This document shows, in pieces, positions 39,788-49,254 of a stretch of 64,000 bases of DNA. Position 1 is the first letter of the stretch, and every line of letters starts with the position of its first letter. A program made the position numbers and the translations under genes. The stretch lies in sequence record DRR723986_9796. One strand, given 5' to 3'. Under the pieces are notes generated by a model. The model did no database searches and was not told where the DNA came from. It was given only the letters and a program-made list of their open reading frames with translations.

Positions 39788-42700
39788 TTAGGCGGGCGGC
39801 TGCTCCGGGCCTTGAAGTTCTTTCGCTAGTTCTTGGTAGCGTTCCAAGCCCTCACCTTGCAGTTCAATGACTCTGCGAAGGTTTTCTGCACGCGAGGCAT
39901 CGTCTCGAGGTTGAAGCTCTGCTGCCTTGATAACGCAGGCTGCGAAAAGATACTTAAACTCTGGGAACTGATAGGCTTTGCGAACTAGTTCAGCAGAAGC
40001 AGCAGCCGGATCAGTTTTCCAACCGGCACAAGTCTTTAAGACCCAGTCATTCATAAATGACTTCTTGAAGATGATATCGATCTGTTCGTATGCTGCTCTC
40101 TCATCTCCGACTTGAAAGTAAGAGTGTCGTAGCTTGCTGTGTGTCCGCCAGCCAACCTTATCAGGATTCTTACCGATTATGTCCTTAAGGTACTCGATCT
40201 TTTCCTCGTCCGAGAACGAGTCAAAATCGTCCGAAAGCGCATCGTAATCAACCTTAGCTTGTTTATCTGAGGGGACCCTTTGTGGTGTTGGAACTGGGGC
40301 AATGGCGTAAGCGGGCGTTTGCTTGATTGGTCCCTTGTCGAGCATCGAACGCACACTTGAACGTGTGGACAAAACCCAACTACCTGAATCATCAGCGTGC
40401 TCACTCTTGAAGCTCTCATCGAAATCATCCACGGGGCGTTCCCATTCCAACATAGCACCCGCCAGGATTGTCTCTTTGGCTTCGGCTGCCTTGCCAGCTT
40501 GATGCTGATAGTAGGCAAGTTCATAGAAATGTTCTGCCCACAGCGGTTTGACGATTGGAAGACCGAACAGCGCAGCTTTGGCTTGTTCGACTTCGCCTGC
40601 TTTTAAGAGCGCACCGAATTGACTCAGCTTTTCCCGCATTGCTGCCTCTGTATAAACAGGCGACGGAGCTTCTTGAGGGATAAATTGCGCCACGACAGCG
40701 TAGCTTTTGATGTTTCTCGTAACCATTTCGGGAACGAGACTCTGTTCTGGCTGCAGTTCGAGGAATGAGCCGTAACGACTGGCGTAAGCTAGAAAAATCA
40801 ACGGATGTATTCGTTGGCCGGTTGCTCGAAAGCAGCGGAGAGATGTCCAAACGCCACCCGCCTGAAACTGTGTAGCCATCGCGGAAGGCGGCTCCTTGAA
40901 GCGTTCCTGCTGGACTGGAACCATTACGGAGTAAGTTTGCTGAATGCTCTCCTGGTAAGGCACTTGCACCGTGTATTGCACCGTATCTGTTTGTGGTTGA
41001 CCATCGACAGTTTTTGTCACATCACGTGTTCGCGTTTCCATTCTGTATTTGGTCACCACATACTCCCTAGTCCTAGTCTCTGTCGTGTAGACTACCATCG
41101 AGGAGATGTAGTTTGGCTTTTCAGATCCCAGCGTTTTGAGCTGCAGATTGTCATGCGGCTTGAATGGCAGTTTGTTTCCAAGACCTTCCGCCTCTTCAAA
41201 CGCTCGTGTTTGCATGCTTGAGTAAGTTTTGCCATCCGAGTGCTTCCAAGTGAACTGTTCGATGCCCACCACAATCGCATTTGGATTCAGTTGATTGGCC
41301 CAGTTGGCATCGCCAGTTCCGCCGGGTAACACGAACACATACTGTTCCTCGCTCAGCAACTCTCTCGCCTGATCAGCCAACACCTGTTCGCCATTGCCGC
41401 GATACACTTTGACGCGTTCAATGGGAAAACGACTGACGAGTTCTCTGTTGGGATGATTCCAAACCGGTACGCCGTCTACTTCTTGGAGTTCGGGAATTGC
41501 AGCCTCAAAGCACATGAGGAACTCGTCATCAACCATTCGGCCCACCGTTGCGAATGGATTGGAGCCCAAGGAATTCAGCAGCCAATCATCCCGCAAAGCT
41601 GGAGGGCACGTCTTAGGTGCTAATTCCGCAGTTTGTGCGTTTGAAGTAGATGCACCGTCTGCGGTCAGCTTGCTGGTCACCTTCCCAAAGGTCTTCAGCA
41701 TTTCGCGGATTTGATCGATTTCTTCGCGTCGGTCGAAATCGGGTCCGTTATAGAAACTGATTTTGCCGGTTCTTGGGTCCAAGACAGCGATCCGTTTTGC
41801 ATCACTCGACATGCCGATCAGTTGTGTACCAGCTTCCTCGAATGGCAGGCTGATTTGCTTTTCAGTGCCCGTCGTTGGGACCGCTTGCAGTCCCGTTTGA
41901 TCGTGGAAGACGATATGGCGATTGTTACCTGCAAAGCGATAACCGTAGAACATTCCGGTAGACAGCGTTCCCTGATGGAGCACCTTTTGGAACTTGCCCG
42001 TGTCGGTGTTCCAGACGCCTATGGCTGTTGTGGTTGCCACATCGGATTGATGACTTAGCACGGCTGTGAGCAGCGGTCTGCCTGGGATTTTCTGCCATTT
42101 GAACGGTGCTGAGGCAAGGCGTGAGTTAGCATACGGTTGCGCCTCTAACTCGATGACCTTTTCGCCTGTCAGACTATCAAAGATGACCGGGACTAGAACT
42201 ATGTAGTCGTTTCCGAGCATATTTTTGCGACTCTCCGTGCGACCTAGCAAATGTGTGCCGGCATCATTTGCGAATATCAAATCGCTGGGATCACTTTTGA
42301 AGGCTTTGCTAGGACCGAGGCGGTCTCCGCTGGCGACATCCCAGACATGAGTTTTGGTGTTAGTCGCCCCCAGCAGCTTCGAGCCGTCAATGGAAAACTC
42401 CAGCTTGATGATTGGCTGTCGATTCTGATCTTTTAGGTCCGATTCCCACTTAAGCGTGCCATCCGTCGCGTCAAAGACTTTGACCGAACCCCCCGTCCCA
42501 ATGGAACAAGCAACCAGTGCATCGTCACGAGAAATCGCGATGCTCGATGCTCGGTTAGCATCGAGATCAAGTGTTGCACCCGAATCAATGTTGACGACCT
42601 GCGGTGCAGGCGAAGTATTGGGCACATAAGCGAACAAATTTCCCGAGCTGGACAGCGCCGTCTGGAAGGCTCCACCTTGAGCTACCTCGACACTTAGGTC

Positions 42701-42820
42701 GAGCTTCTCGAGTTTTGGCAACTCATCAGCGGACAACTTGCCGGGCAATAGAGCCACAGAGCCTGTAAGAAGGCAGAACCACACGAGCCGAGCGTAGTTG
42801 TAATTCAGCAAACGATTCAT
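39788..42820 (-). CDS. Secreted multidomain protein: WD40-like propeller, YTV-type segment, helical C-terminus
   Basis: Signal peptide from ATG 42820 (track ORF 42892); blades AISRDD, VKVFDA, FSIDGS, VWDV; ETRTREY...ETRTR...YTVQVPY...TYSVMVP. Confidence 0.8.
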   Translation of the reverse strand: MNRLLNYNYARLVWFCLLTGSVALLPGKLSADELPKLEKLDLSVEVAQGGAFQTALSSSGNLFAYVPNTSPAPQVVNIDSGATLDLDANRASSIAISRDDALVACSIGTGGSVKVFDATDGTLKWESDLKDQNRQPIIKLEFSIDGSKLLGATNTKTHVWDVASGDRLGPSKAFKSDPSDLIFANDAGTHLLGRTESRKNMLGNDYIVLVPVIFDSLTGEKVIELEAQPYANSRLASAPFKWQKIPGRPLLTAVLSHQSDVATTTAIGVWNTDTGKFQKVLHQGTLSTGMFYGYRFAGNNRHIVFHDQTGLQAVPTTGTEKQISLPFEEAGTQLIGMSSDAKRIAVLDPRTGKISFYNGPDFDRREEIDQIREMLKTFGKVTSKLTADGASTSNAQTAELAPKTCPPALRDDWLLNSLGSNPFATVGRMVDDEFLMCFEAAIPELQEVDGVPVWNHPNRELVSRFPIERVKVYRGNGEQVLADQARELLSEEQYVFVLPGGTGDANWANQLNPNAIVVGIEQFTWKHSDGKTYSSMQTRAFEEAEGLGNKLPFKPHDNLQLKTLGSEKPNYISSMVVYTTETRTREYVVTKYRMETRTRDVTKTVDGQPQTDTVQYTVQVPYQESIQQTYSVMVPVQQERFKEPPSAMATQFQAGGVWTSLRCFRATGQRIHPLIFLAYASRYGSFLELQPEQSLVPEMVTRNIKSYAVVAQFIPQEAPSPVYTEAAMREKLSQFGALLKAGEVEQAKAALFGLPIVKPLWAEHFYELAYYQHQAGKAAEAKETILAGAMLEWERPVDDFDESFKSEHADDSGSWVLSTRSSVRSMLDKGPIKQTPAYAIAPVPTPQRVPSDKQAKVDYDALSDDFDSFSDEEKIEYLKDIIGKNPDKVGWRTHSKLRHSYFQVGDERAAYEQIDIIFKKSFMNDWVLKTCAGWKTDPAAASAELVRKAYQFPEFKYLFAACVIKAAELQPRDDASRAENLRRVIELQGEGLERYQELAKELQGPEQPPA
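40346..40403. repeat. 58-bp direct repeat, copy A2 (intragenic)
   Basis: Encodes EHADDSGSWVLSTRSSVRS of the WD40/YTV protein. Confidence 0.95.
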
Positions 42821-43355
42821 TTGAGGATCTATTCCAAAGTTGATTTTGTGGGATTGCCTCGGACATGTTGTTGAAGAAATCGGCTCAAACATTCATTTCA
42901 AGACATACGACATCTGTGCCTATAAAGCCGAAGGAAGCTGCTTTCGATACGCCTTCTCGGAACCTGGCAGGTTACCGAATCTATGACGCTTCAATAGTCA
43001 ACTCGTTAACCGCGCAGAAACCCCCTGGCTAATTCTCTAGCTTTTTCTAATTCGATCGACTGAGCATCATGTATCGCAACGGCAAGCTGTCCGATCTGAG
43101 CATGAAGAGAACTACCTACGGTTCGCAATTTGCTAAATGAAACGGGGCATGCGGGCGGCTTCCGCAGCATTTTCTGGTACGGATCTCACGCCGCGTCGAA
43201 GTCGTGAATGAGCCCTGCCGTTGCGATCGTGCTTTTCTTCAGCAGCAGCTAGTCCTGGTCACTTTTCTATGCAAGATGCCGCGTCCGAGATACTTCACTG
43301 CGCACGGGCAGCGTAGAACTTGTGAGGCTTGGCTTCGCGCGGACGCGGGCATGGT

Positions 43356-43376
43356 GGGTTACTTCACTTGGACGTC
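43356..43376. repeat. 21-bp perfect direct repeat, copy B1
   Basis: GGGTTACTTCACTTGGACGTC, identical to 45030-45050. Confidence 0.93.
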
Positions 43377-43509
43377 GAAGCCGCGGGGGATGAGCATGCT
43401 TATGCCCAACTGTTAGCCGGGTACGCTGACTGGCTTTTATGACATCCAATACCGAACGCGTGTTGGATCAGCGCTTCCGGTCAAACGGCCATCGGTCGAG
43501 TAGACCACA

Positions 43510-44961
43510 TCAACTATCAGTGTCGGTGGTTATGTGATCACCCATGGGAGCGTGCTGCCTCTTGGGTGGAAAAAGCGTTCGATCAATCCACTCGTTTCTG
43601 AAACGCCCTTTCGGGTCCAGATCATTCAAGATATCACGAAATTCTGAGAGCCGAGGATATAGGCGCTCGACACTTTCAGAGTCTACAGGACAGACTTTGC
43701 CCCAATGCGGCCTTGCGCCGAAGAGCACAGCAGTTGAGCGTGCCAAGAAACTGGCGAAACCATAGAAACCGTCTCGGTTGTTCGGGCCATGGTAGCTGAT
43801 GAAGCTGACTGCGTAGTAGGACTCATCGCCGCCGCTCGACGTAGAAATGAGGGTCGTGTCAGGTAACACTTTGCGAATGCAAATCGGATAGTGATGCGTG
43901 TAGGTGCCGGCCAACGACTCCAAGTCCTCAAACAGTTCTGGGTTATCAAGATTGCTCAAAACCTGCATGTCAGTCGCAGACGGCCTTCCATCACAAAAAC
44001 ACAAGAGGCTGCGAACGAATTCTAGGAGTCTCTCAAGGTTCGAGTGCTTCACGAACAGCTCGATCTCGATGTGTTTGAACAACTCGTGCTTCATTGTCAG
44101 CAATCGCTGCGACTTATCGACTACCTTCCAGTTGCGGAAGATGGTCCACGGTACAACGAACCGATAGAAGAAACGAATTAAACTCTTCGCCCTTATCACT
44201 CGTGTGAGCAACAGAAGAATAGCATGCAGGCCAACGTCAACGACTAAGAACCAGTAGATTTGATAGAGCATCGAAGATTGTGATCGCTGCTTATCCGATA
44301 CACGTCGATGTTGGGCCATCAGATCCCAACTGTGCGGCAACAAGAAAAACTGCTGCAACGGATACTCTTTCTCGGATTCCAAGACGGTTGGTAAACTATC
44401 GAAGAATTGGAAGTGCTCTTGAATGTTGTATTGCACCTGACACACCATCTTCACGGCGATGATTACACCGACACACCCTACTGAGCACTGAGCCGCTGAT
44501 AATTCAGCCCCCTCGCTTATCGTCTTGATTACAGGCTCATCTGTATCTGGATCATACGTAGCGACGGTAACCTCTTCCACAAAATGCGATATGCATTGCT
44601 TTCCTGAACCGTGAGTGCCTGTAGAGATTGCACCCGCAACGGTTTGTTCTGCAATGAGTCCCTGTGTGGGGAGAGCTAGACCGACAGCATCCAAGGCACC
44701 GATCAGTTGCTTGATCTGACAGCCCGCACCAACGACCACAGATCGCTGAGATTCGTCGACTTCGACCTGATCAAGATGTGCGAGATTGATCAAAACATCT
44801 TCGGACTTCTGCACTTCACTCCAAGAATGTAGGCGACCAATCGTACGGATTCGGCTAGTTCGATTAAACCGCAGAATCTCGAGAACATCGTCGGCGCACT
44901 TAGGTTCGAAGTACGCTGACGGTTCAAAGGACACATTCCTTCCGAAGTTCGTGACTCTCAT
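43510..44961 (-). CDS. FAD-binding oxidoreductase, D-arabinono-1,4-lactone/L-gulonolactone oxidase family
   Basis: GRLHSWS, QTVAGAISTGTHG, C-terminal ARPHWGK and DPKGRFRN; ATG 44961. Confidence 0.9.
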   Translation of the reverse strand: MRVTNFGRNVSFEPSAYFEPKCADDVLEILRFNRTSRIRTIGRLHSWSEVQKSEDVLINLAHLDQVEVDESQRSVVVGAGCQIKQLIGALDAVGLALPTQGLIAEQTVAGAISTGTHGSGKQCISHFVEEVTVATYDPDTDEPVIKTISEGAELSAAQCSVGCVGVIIAVKMVCQVQYNIQEHFQFFDSLPTVLESEKEYPLQQFFLLPHSWDLMAQHRRVSDKQRSQSSMLYQIYWFLVVDVGLHAILLLLTRVIRAKSLIRFFYRFVVPWTIFRNWKVVDKSQRLLTMKHELFKHIEIELFVKHSNLERLLEFVRSLLCFCDGRPSATDMQVLSNLDNPELFEDLESLAGTYTHHYPICIRKVLPDTTLISTSSGGDESYYAVSFISYHGPNNRDGFYGFASFLARSTAVLFGARPHWGKVCPVDSESVERLYPRLSEFRDILNDLDPKGRFRNEWIDRTLFPPKRQHAPMGDHITTDTDS

Positions 44962-45029
44962 AATTGGCGTATCCAAGCGCACTGGTGTGTGTGCTAAATG
45001 GGGTGGTGGAAAGGGTCAGTCAGGCCGAA

Positions 45030-45050
45030 GGGTTACTTCACTTGGACGTC
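45030..45050. repeat. 21-bp perfect direct repeat, copy B2 (covers last codons and stop of the 473-aa gene)
   Basis: Minus strand GAC GTC CAA GTG AAG TAA CCC. Confidence 0.93.
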
Positions 45051-46454
45051 ATAGCGCTGTTTCAGGCGACCGTACTTGTTCTCTGCTACGAGCCATAGTT
45101 GAGTTCGTCCGCCGTCTTGGAGCATGTGTGATGGTATGACGGTTCGCCCGGTGTGACGGTCCTGCTCGGAAAAGAAATGGTTGTACCGCGCCAGTGGATG
45201 AGACGGATTGGAGACGTGGATCATGATCGCGTCGGCGTTGTGGGCTTCGAATGCCAGCTCCAAATCAGCGCCGCGAGCGACCCTTTCTGGTACTCCCTTG
45301 AGCTTTAAATCACAGACAGAAAACTCACAGGCCAGGCTTTTCGAACCATCGGCGAGAATGCAGTAAGCCGTGTAGTTGCCACACTTCTCGAAGACTCGTT
45401 TCACCACTTCACCAGCGGCCGCCGAAATCTGCTCCACCAGTTGTCCATTTCTCCTGATCACGAGTTGCTGAATTCCCCGCCGATCGCGATCCATAATGTG
45501 AATGCGAACGGGCTGATCGACTTTGTAGGCAACCCAGTCCCCAAGGTCCAGCAACAGCGTTCGGTTGATCTCTGGGGTCGCGGAATCCTCCTCAAAGTTT
45601 GGAAACCGAAACGACTCGAATCGATTCTCACGAAGCCACTGGTCCATGTTCGTGATTCGCAACAACTGTCGATTCTGCAGGCCAAGATGCTTATCAAACT
45701 CCTGAGCCGAATAGTCGGTCGAACGAGTCGTGGGCGGGCGACTTTCTTCAACTCGAACATGTGAAACCTCGCCTGAGGGATCACGAATCACGTCGGTCAC
45801 GATTTCGATATGGGCAGCTCGCCCAGGCGGACGAAAGATCAGATCACCGATTCGCACGACCTGAGAATTCGGTGAATCGATCCGTTCAACTCCATCGCGA
45901 TGATCCGGCCCGTGCCGACGACTCACCAACCAGTTGCCGCACCCGAGAGCGTAGCTGGTATATGTGGAACAAACCTTGCCGTAGAAGCACTCCGCATTGT
46001 TCAGATGAGGCTTCAGGCTTTCGGTGTAAAGCACACTCTTCGGATTCTGGACGGCAGCCAGAAATGTCTTCAGGTAAATATCGAACCCAATATCACGCCC
46101 TCGTTCTTTGACACTTGAATAAGGAACTCCAGTGTATGTTTCCCCCTTTAAAAAAACGCCGCCGTTGTAGGGCATGCCGTCTGCGACCGGTGTCCATTGC
46201 ACCTGCGACATCAACCGAGCTCGGCGGGCAACCTCTTTTTGCCAGGAAGTCGGGTCTTCCTGCTGGCCCTCTGTGGACGGCAAATCACCGCGTTGACCGA
46301 GTGGACTAAATGGAGCCGAACCGCCGCCCGGAGTCGTCCCGTGATCCGGGCTCCTTTGTAGATCAGGGCTCCGTTGTAGCTGCGGATGAGCCACCGCAGA
46401 ATTCAAGACAAGTGTGGTCAACAGAATTCCGAAGACGCAATGGGTCAAATGCAC
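45033..46454 (-). CDS. Secreted protein with probable NlpC/P60-CHAP-like Cys/His domain and Ig-like C-terminus
   Basis: Signal peptide; GVPYS...G.VCSTYTSYAL...IGDLIF......HIEIV...VEES. Confidence 0.6.
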   Translation of the reverse strand: MHLTHCVFGILLTTLVLNSAVAHPQLQRSPDLQRSPDHGTTPGGGSAPFSPLGQRGDLPSTEGQQEDPTSWQKEVARRARLMSQVQWTPVADGMPYNGGVFLKGETYTGVPYSSVKERGRDIGFDIYLKTFLAAVQNPKSVLYTESLKPHLNNAECFYGKVCSTYTSYALGCGNWLVSRRHGPDHRDGVERIDSPNSQVVRIGDLIFRPPGRAAHIEIVTDVIRDPSGEVSHVRVEESRPPTTRSTDYSAQEFDKHLGLQNRQLLRITNMDQWLRENRFESFRFPNFEEDSATPEINRTLLLDLGDWVAYKVDQPVRIHIMDRDRRGIQQLVIRRNGQLVEQISAAAGEVVKRVFEKCGNYTAYCILADGSKSLACEFSVCDLKLKGVPERVARGADLELAFEAHNADAIMIHVSNPSHPLARYNHFFSEQDRHTGRTVIPSHMLQDGGRTQLWLVAENKYGRLKQRYDVQVK

Positions 46455-46568
46455 GACAAACTCCGGTGTTTATATCAATTACTAGCCAATGACCGTACCA
46501 ACCACGTTCCCGTGGCGCGACTAAAGGCTCCCATCAGCAACGAAGATGCTCAAGGCTGATGTACTTAA

Positions 46569-48302
46569 CTAGCGGTTCACTCTCTGGAGAATCCAGTCGG
46601 TCATGAGCTGGAGGGAAGAGGGGTCAAAGGTTTCTTCAATCTGGCTGTATTCGTCCATTAATCCGGTCGAAGCTTGCTGGAAAAGGTGGTTCAAACCAGG
46701 AAGCTCAACCGTCTCAAAGTCGTCCGTCGGTGCAGCCTCTAGTGCGCTCTCGATTGCGGGCAAATTCAATTTGGCGTCAACCTGCAAGTCCTTTGAGCCG
46801 TTGATTGCCAAGACCGAGCACTTGAGCTTCTCTAGACTCTCCGTCGGTTCGTATCGCATAAAGTACTCAAACCACGGTGAACGCAATTGTGTGGCGGCGG
46901 TTTGCACCGCGGCGGCAATCTCTTGAGGTTTCAACGAGTCTTCCGTGCTGCTTCGGATCAGGTCAATCGCCTGAGCTGCGAAGTCTCTGTCACTGAGTCG
47001 CGGTTCTGCTTTGGCTAAGCCGATCAGGCCTTGCTGGATGGCAGACTCCCTTTCAACGTCGCTCTCCTCCATACCACTGGCCCGCATGATCAAAGCCGCT
47101 TGGCTGACCAAGATTTTCTCACCGTTAACGCCAGGCCCCGCCATCAGAACAATGAAAGGAATCGAATCATCCTTGGCAGCCACCATCGGTGCAATCAACC
47201 CTCCTTCACTGTGGCCCACGATACCCACGTTCTCAGCATCGATCCCCTCGTGGCCTTGCAAGAATTTCACTGCACAGTGCGCATCGTTTGCAAGATCAAC
47301 GCTTGTTGCCGAGGCAAAATCCCCGGTTGACTTTGCAGTTCCGCGATCATCGTAACGAAGCACCGCGATTCCGCGACGGGAGAAGTAATCAGCGATCACC
47401 CAGAACGGCTTGTGGCCGGCAATGGATTCGTCACGATCTTGCGGCCCCGAACCAGATACCAATACCACCGCGGGTCGCTTGGCGGCGGCCGCATCAGCGT
47501 TGGGAATCGTCAACGTTCCCGACAGCGTCACTCCAGCAGTCTCGTTTTCAATGCTGACTTCGACAATCTCGTACGGAAACGGACCCTTCGGTGTTTGAGG
47601 TCGCTTTGGAGTCTCCGTCTTGGCAATCACCGCCTGATTGTCCGCTTGCCGAGTCAGTTTCAACGAGGGCGAAAAGAGGCCTTGTTTCCAAGTCCCATTC
47701 ATTTCATTACCGTCATCACTCAACTCACCAGTGAACGAAGCCTTGAGCGCGGGAACGTCGAGCGTGACCGTTGCACCTTCAACCGTCTTTTCCGCAACGA
47801 ACCCACCAATCTTCTGAGTCAGACTATCCAGATAGACCACTCCGGATTCTAGCTCGCGAATCTGAATATCAACTTTCTGAACCAAAACGTTGATTGTGCC
47901 CGACCAAACAGCCCGTAGCTCTTCCTTGGGCAGCTCGTCAACTCGATCAAACACAAGCTCAAACTCTTGGCCACTTTGTCGCCACTTTCCGACCATACTG
48001 CCATCGACGGCTTGCGCTGAATAGTCTGCCTTAGTTTGAGGCAACGAAAACACGAGCGCTGAATCATCCACTTCCACATTGGAAAGCTCGAATTCCTGTG
48101 CACCTTCGTCCAAACTGATTAATGTCCCACTCCCAGCATCTGTAGGTGTCAGCTTTAGGGCAAATCGAAAATGACGGCCCGGCGTCTCCATCTTGCCGTA
48201 CCAAAGCTGCTGATCGGCGGCCACCGAAGCTTCGATTTGTGCAAAAGCCATTGATTGCAATAGCAACAGGCTGACAAGCGATAGTAGTCCTTTGATTTTC
48301 AT
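46569..48302 (-). CDS. Secreted alpha/beta hydrolase (serine peptidase/esterase-like)
   Basis: RPQTP..P.PY, SGSGPQDRDE, RYDDRG, GHSEGG, KDLQV, LNHLFQ. Confidence 0.92.
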   Translation of the reverse strand: MKIKGLLSLVSLLLLQSMAFAQIEASVAADQQLWYGKMETPGRHFRFALKLTPTDAGSGTLISLDEGAQEFELSNVEVDDSALVFSLPQTKADYSAQAVDGSMVGKWRQSGQEFELVFDRVDELPKEELRAVWSGTINVLVQKVDIQIRELESGVVYLDSLTQKIGGFVAEKTVEGATVTLDVPALKASFTGELSDDGNEMNGTWKQGLFSPSLKLTRQADNQAVIAKTETPKRPQTPKGPFPYEIVEVSIENETAGVTLSGTLTIPNADAAAAKRPAVVLVSGSGPQDRDESIAGHKPFWVIADYFSRRGIAVLRYDDRGTAKSTGDFASATSVDLANDAHCAVKFLQGHEGIDAENVGIVGHSEGGLIAPMVAAKDDSIPFIVLMAGPGVNGEKILVSQAALIMRASGMEESDVERESAIQQGLIGLAKAEPRLSDRDFAAQAIDLIRSSTEDSLKPQEIAAAVQTAATQLRSPWFEYFMRYEPTESLEKLKCSVLAINGSKDLQVDAKLNLPAIESALEAAPTDDFETVELPGLNHLFQQASTGLMDEYSQIEETFDPSSLQLMTDWILQRVNR

Positions 48303-48465
48303 GACGGTGGCTTTCGGCGATGCTGCTCTTCGATGGCGATTGTAGGATTCGTGCTAAAATCCGAACGTCTTCCGTCATCCTTGGCGCGACACGGCATCTA
48401 ACGATGAACGTCTTTCGCTTTGGATTGTCCCGGACCACTGTGCATGCATCTTCAGGAGTGAAGGT

Positions 48466-49185
48466 ATCTCTGAGAAACGATTCGAAACTGTATTCTACGG
48501 GGGCCTGCTCACCGCGTGTTTTGCGGTTGGCACACTCATTCCAGGTTACTACGACTGGACAGGAGCGGACCAGAGTCGTCCGTCGTGGTTGATTCCCGCC
48601 GCTGCCGGCGTCCTTCTGCTGCTCGCGCTGACGACCTGGGGCATTTTGCCATGGATTACGCTGCCGAAGGAATCGCGTCCAGACAGCGGCGGCGAAACGC
48701 AGACGCAAGGCCGCTCGTCGATTCGCACTCTTCTGTTAGCGATGGTCGTCGTAGCATTTATCCTAGCAGCGGTCGCGGCGGCACCCAGCCTAACCGCCAT
48801 CGGGCTAGCGATCGTTGCGGTCGGTCTGGCAGTTTGGTCCATCGCCACCGCGCGGCACAGAGCACCGGCCCAAGTCGGCGCGGCTGCGGCAATGTACTTA
48901 CCGTTCGCTTGGGTCCTGGGCGGCGGACCTGGCTTGCAGAATGCGGAGCAAACGTGGCTAGTTGCAGGAGTGCCAGGCTTTTTTCCCGCCGCACTCGTGT
49001 CGTCACTGATGAATCAGAATCACCACGACAATCCCTGGATGCCCCTACTGATCACTGCACTATTCTCGATCGCAACGACATGGCTGCGAATGCGGGGCGT
49101 GAAAAGAGCGGCTGCGTTTGCAATACTACTCGCGCTGATGAGCGCTTGTGGGTCTATGGTATTGAACATGCTGATGCGCATGTAG
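48466..49185 (+). CDS. Hypothetical multi-pass membrane protein, apparent ATC start
   Basis: Frame open upstream of track start 48589; AGGAG then ATC at 48466; S.RTLL.AM..VA helix motif. Confidence 0.65.
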   Translation: MSEKRFETVFYGGLLTACFAVGTLIPGYYDWTGADQSRPSWLIPAAAGVLLLLALTTWGILPWITLPKESRPDSGGETQTQGRSSIRTLLLAMVVVAFILAAVAAAPSLTAIGLAIVAVGLAVWSIATARHRAPAQVGAAAAMYLPFAWVLGGGPGLQNAEQTWLVAGVPGFFPAALVSSLMNQNHHDNPWMPLLITALFSIATTWLRMRGVKRAAAFAILLALMSACGSMVLNMLMRM

Positions 49186-49254
49186 AAAGGACCGGTAGAG
49201 TACCAACACCACAGGACAGCAGGGCAGGGTGGTGGCATCAGTTCGTCGAAACGG

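Noticed and set aside
39720-39795. Integron attC site (GCCTAAC at the stop codon ... GTTCGGG)
   Set aside because: The core sites are not properly complementary, the interior does not fold into an attC hairpin, and no integron integrase is present.
39727-40403. Diversity-generating retroelement TR/VR pair
   Set aside because: Mismatches are not confined to adenines on either strand, most are synonymous, and no reverse transcriptase is in the window.
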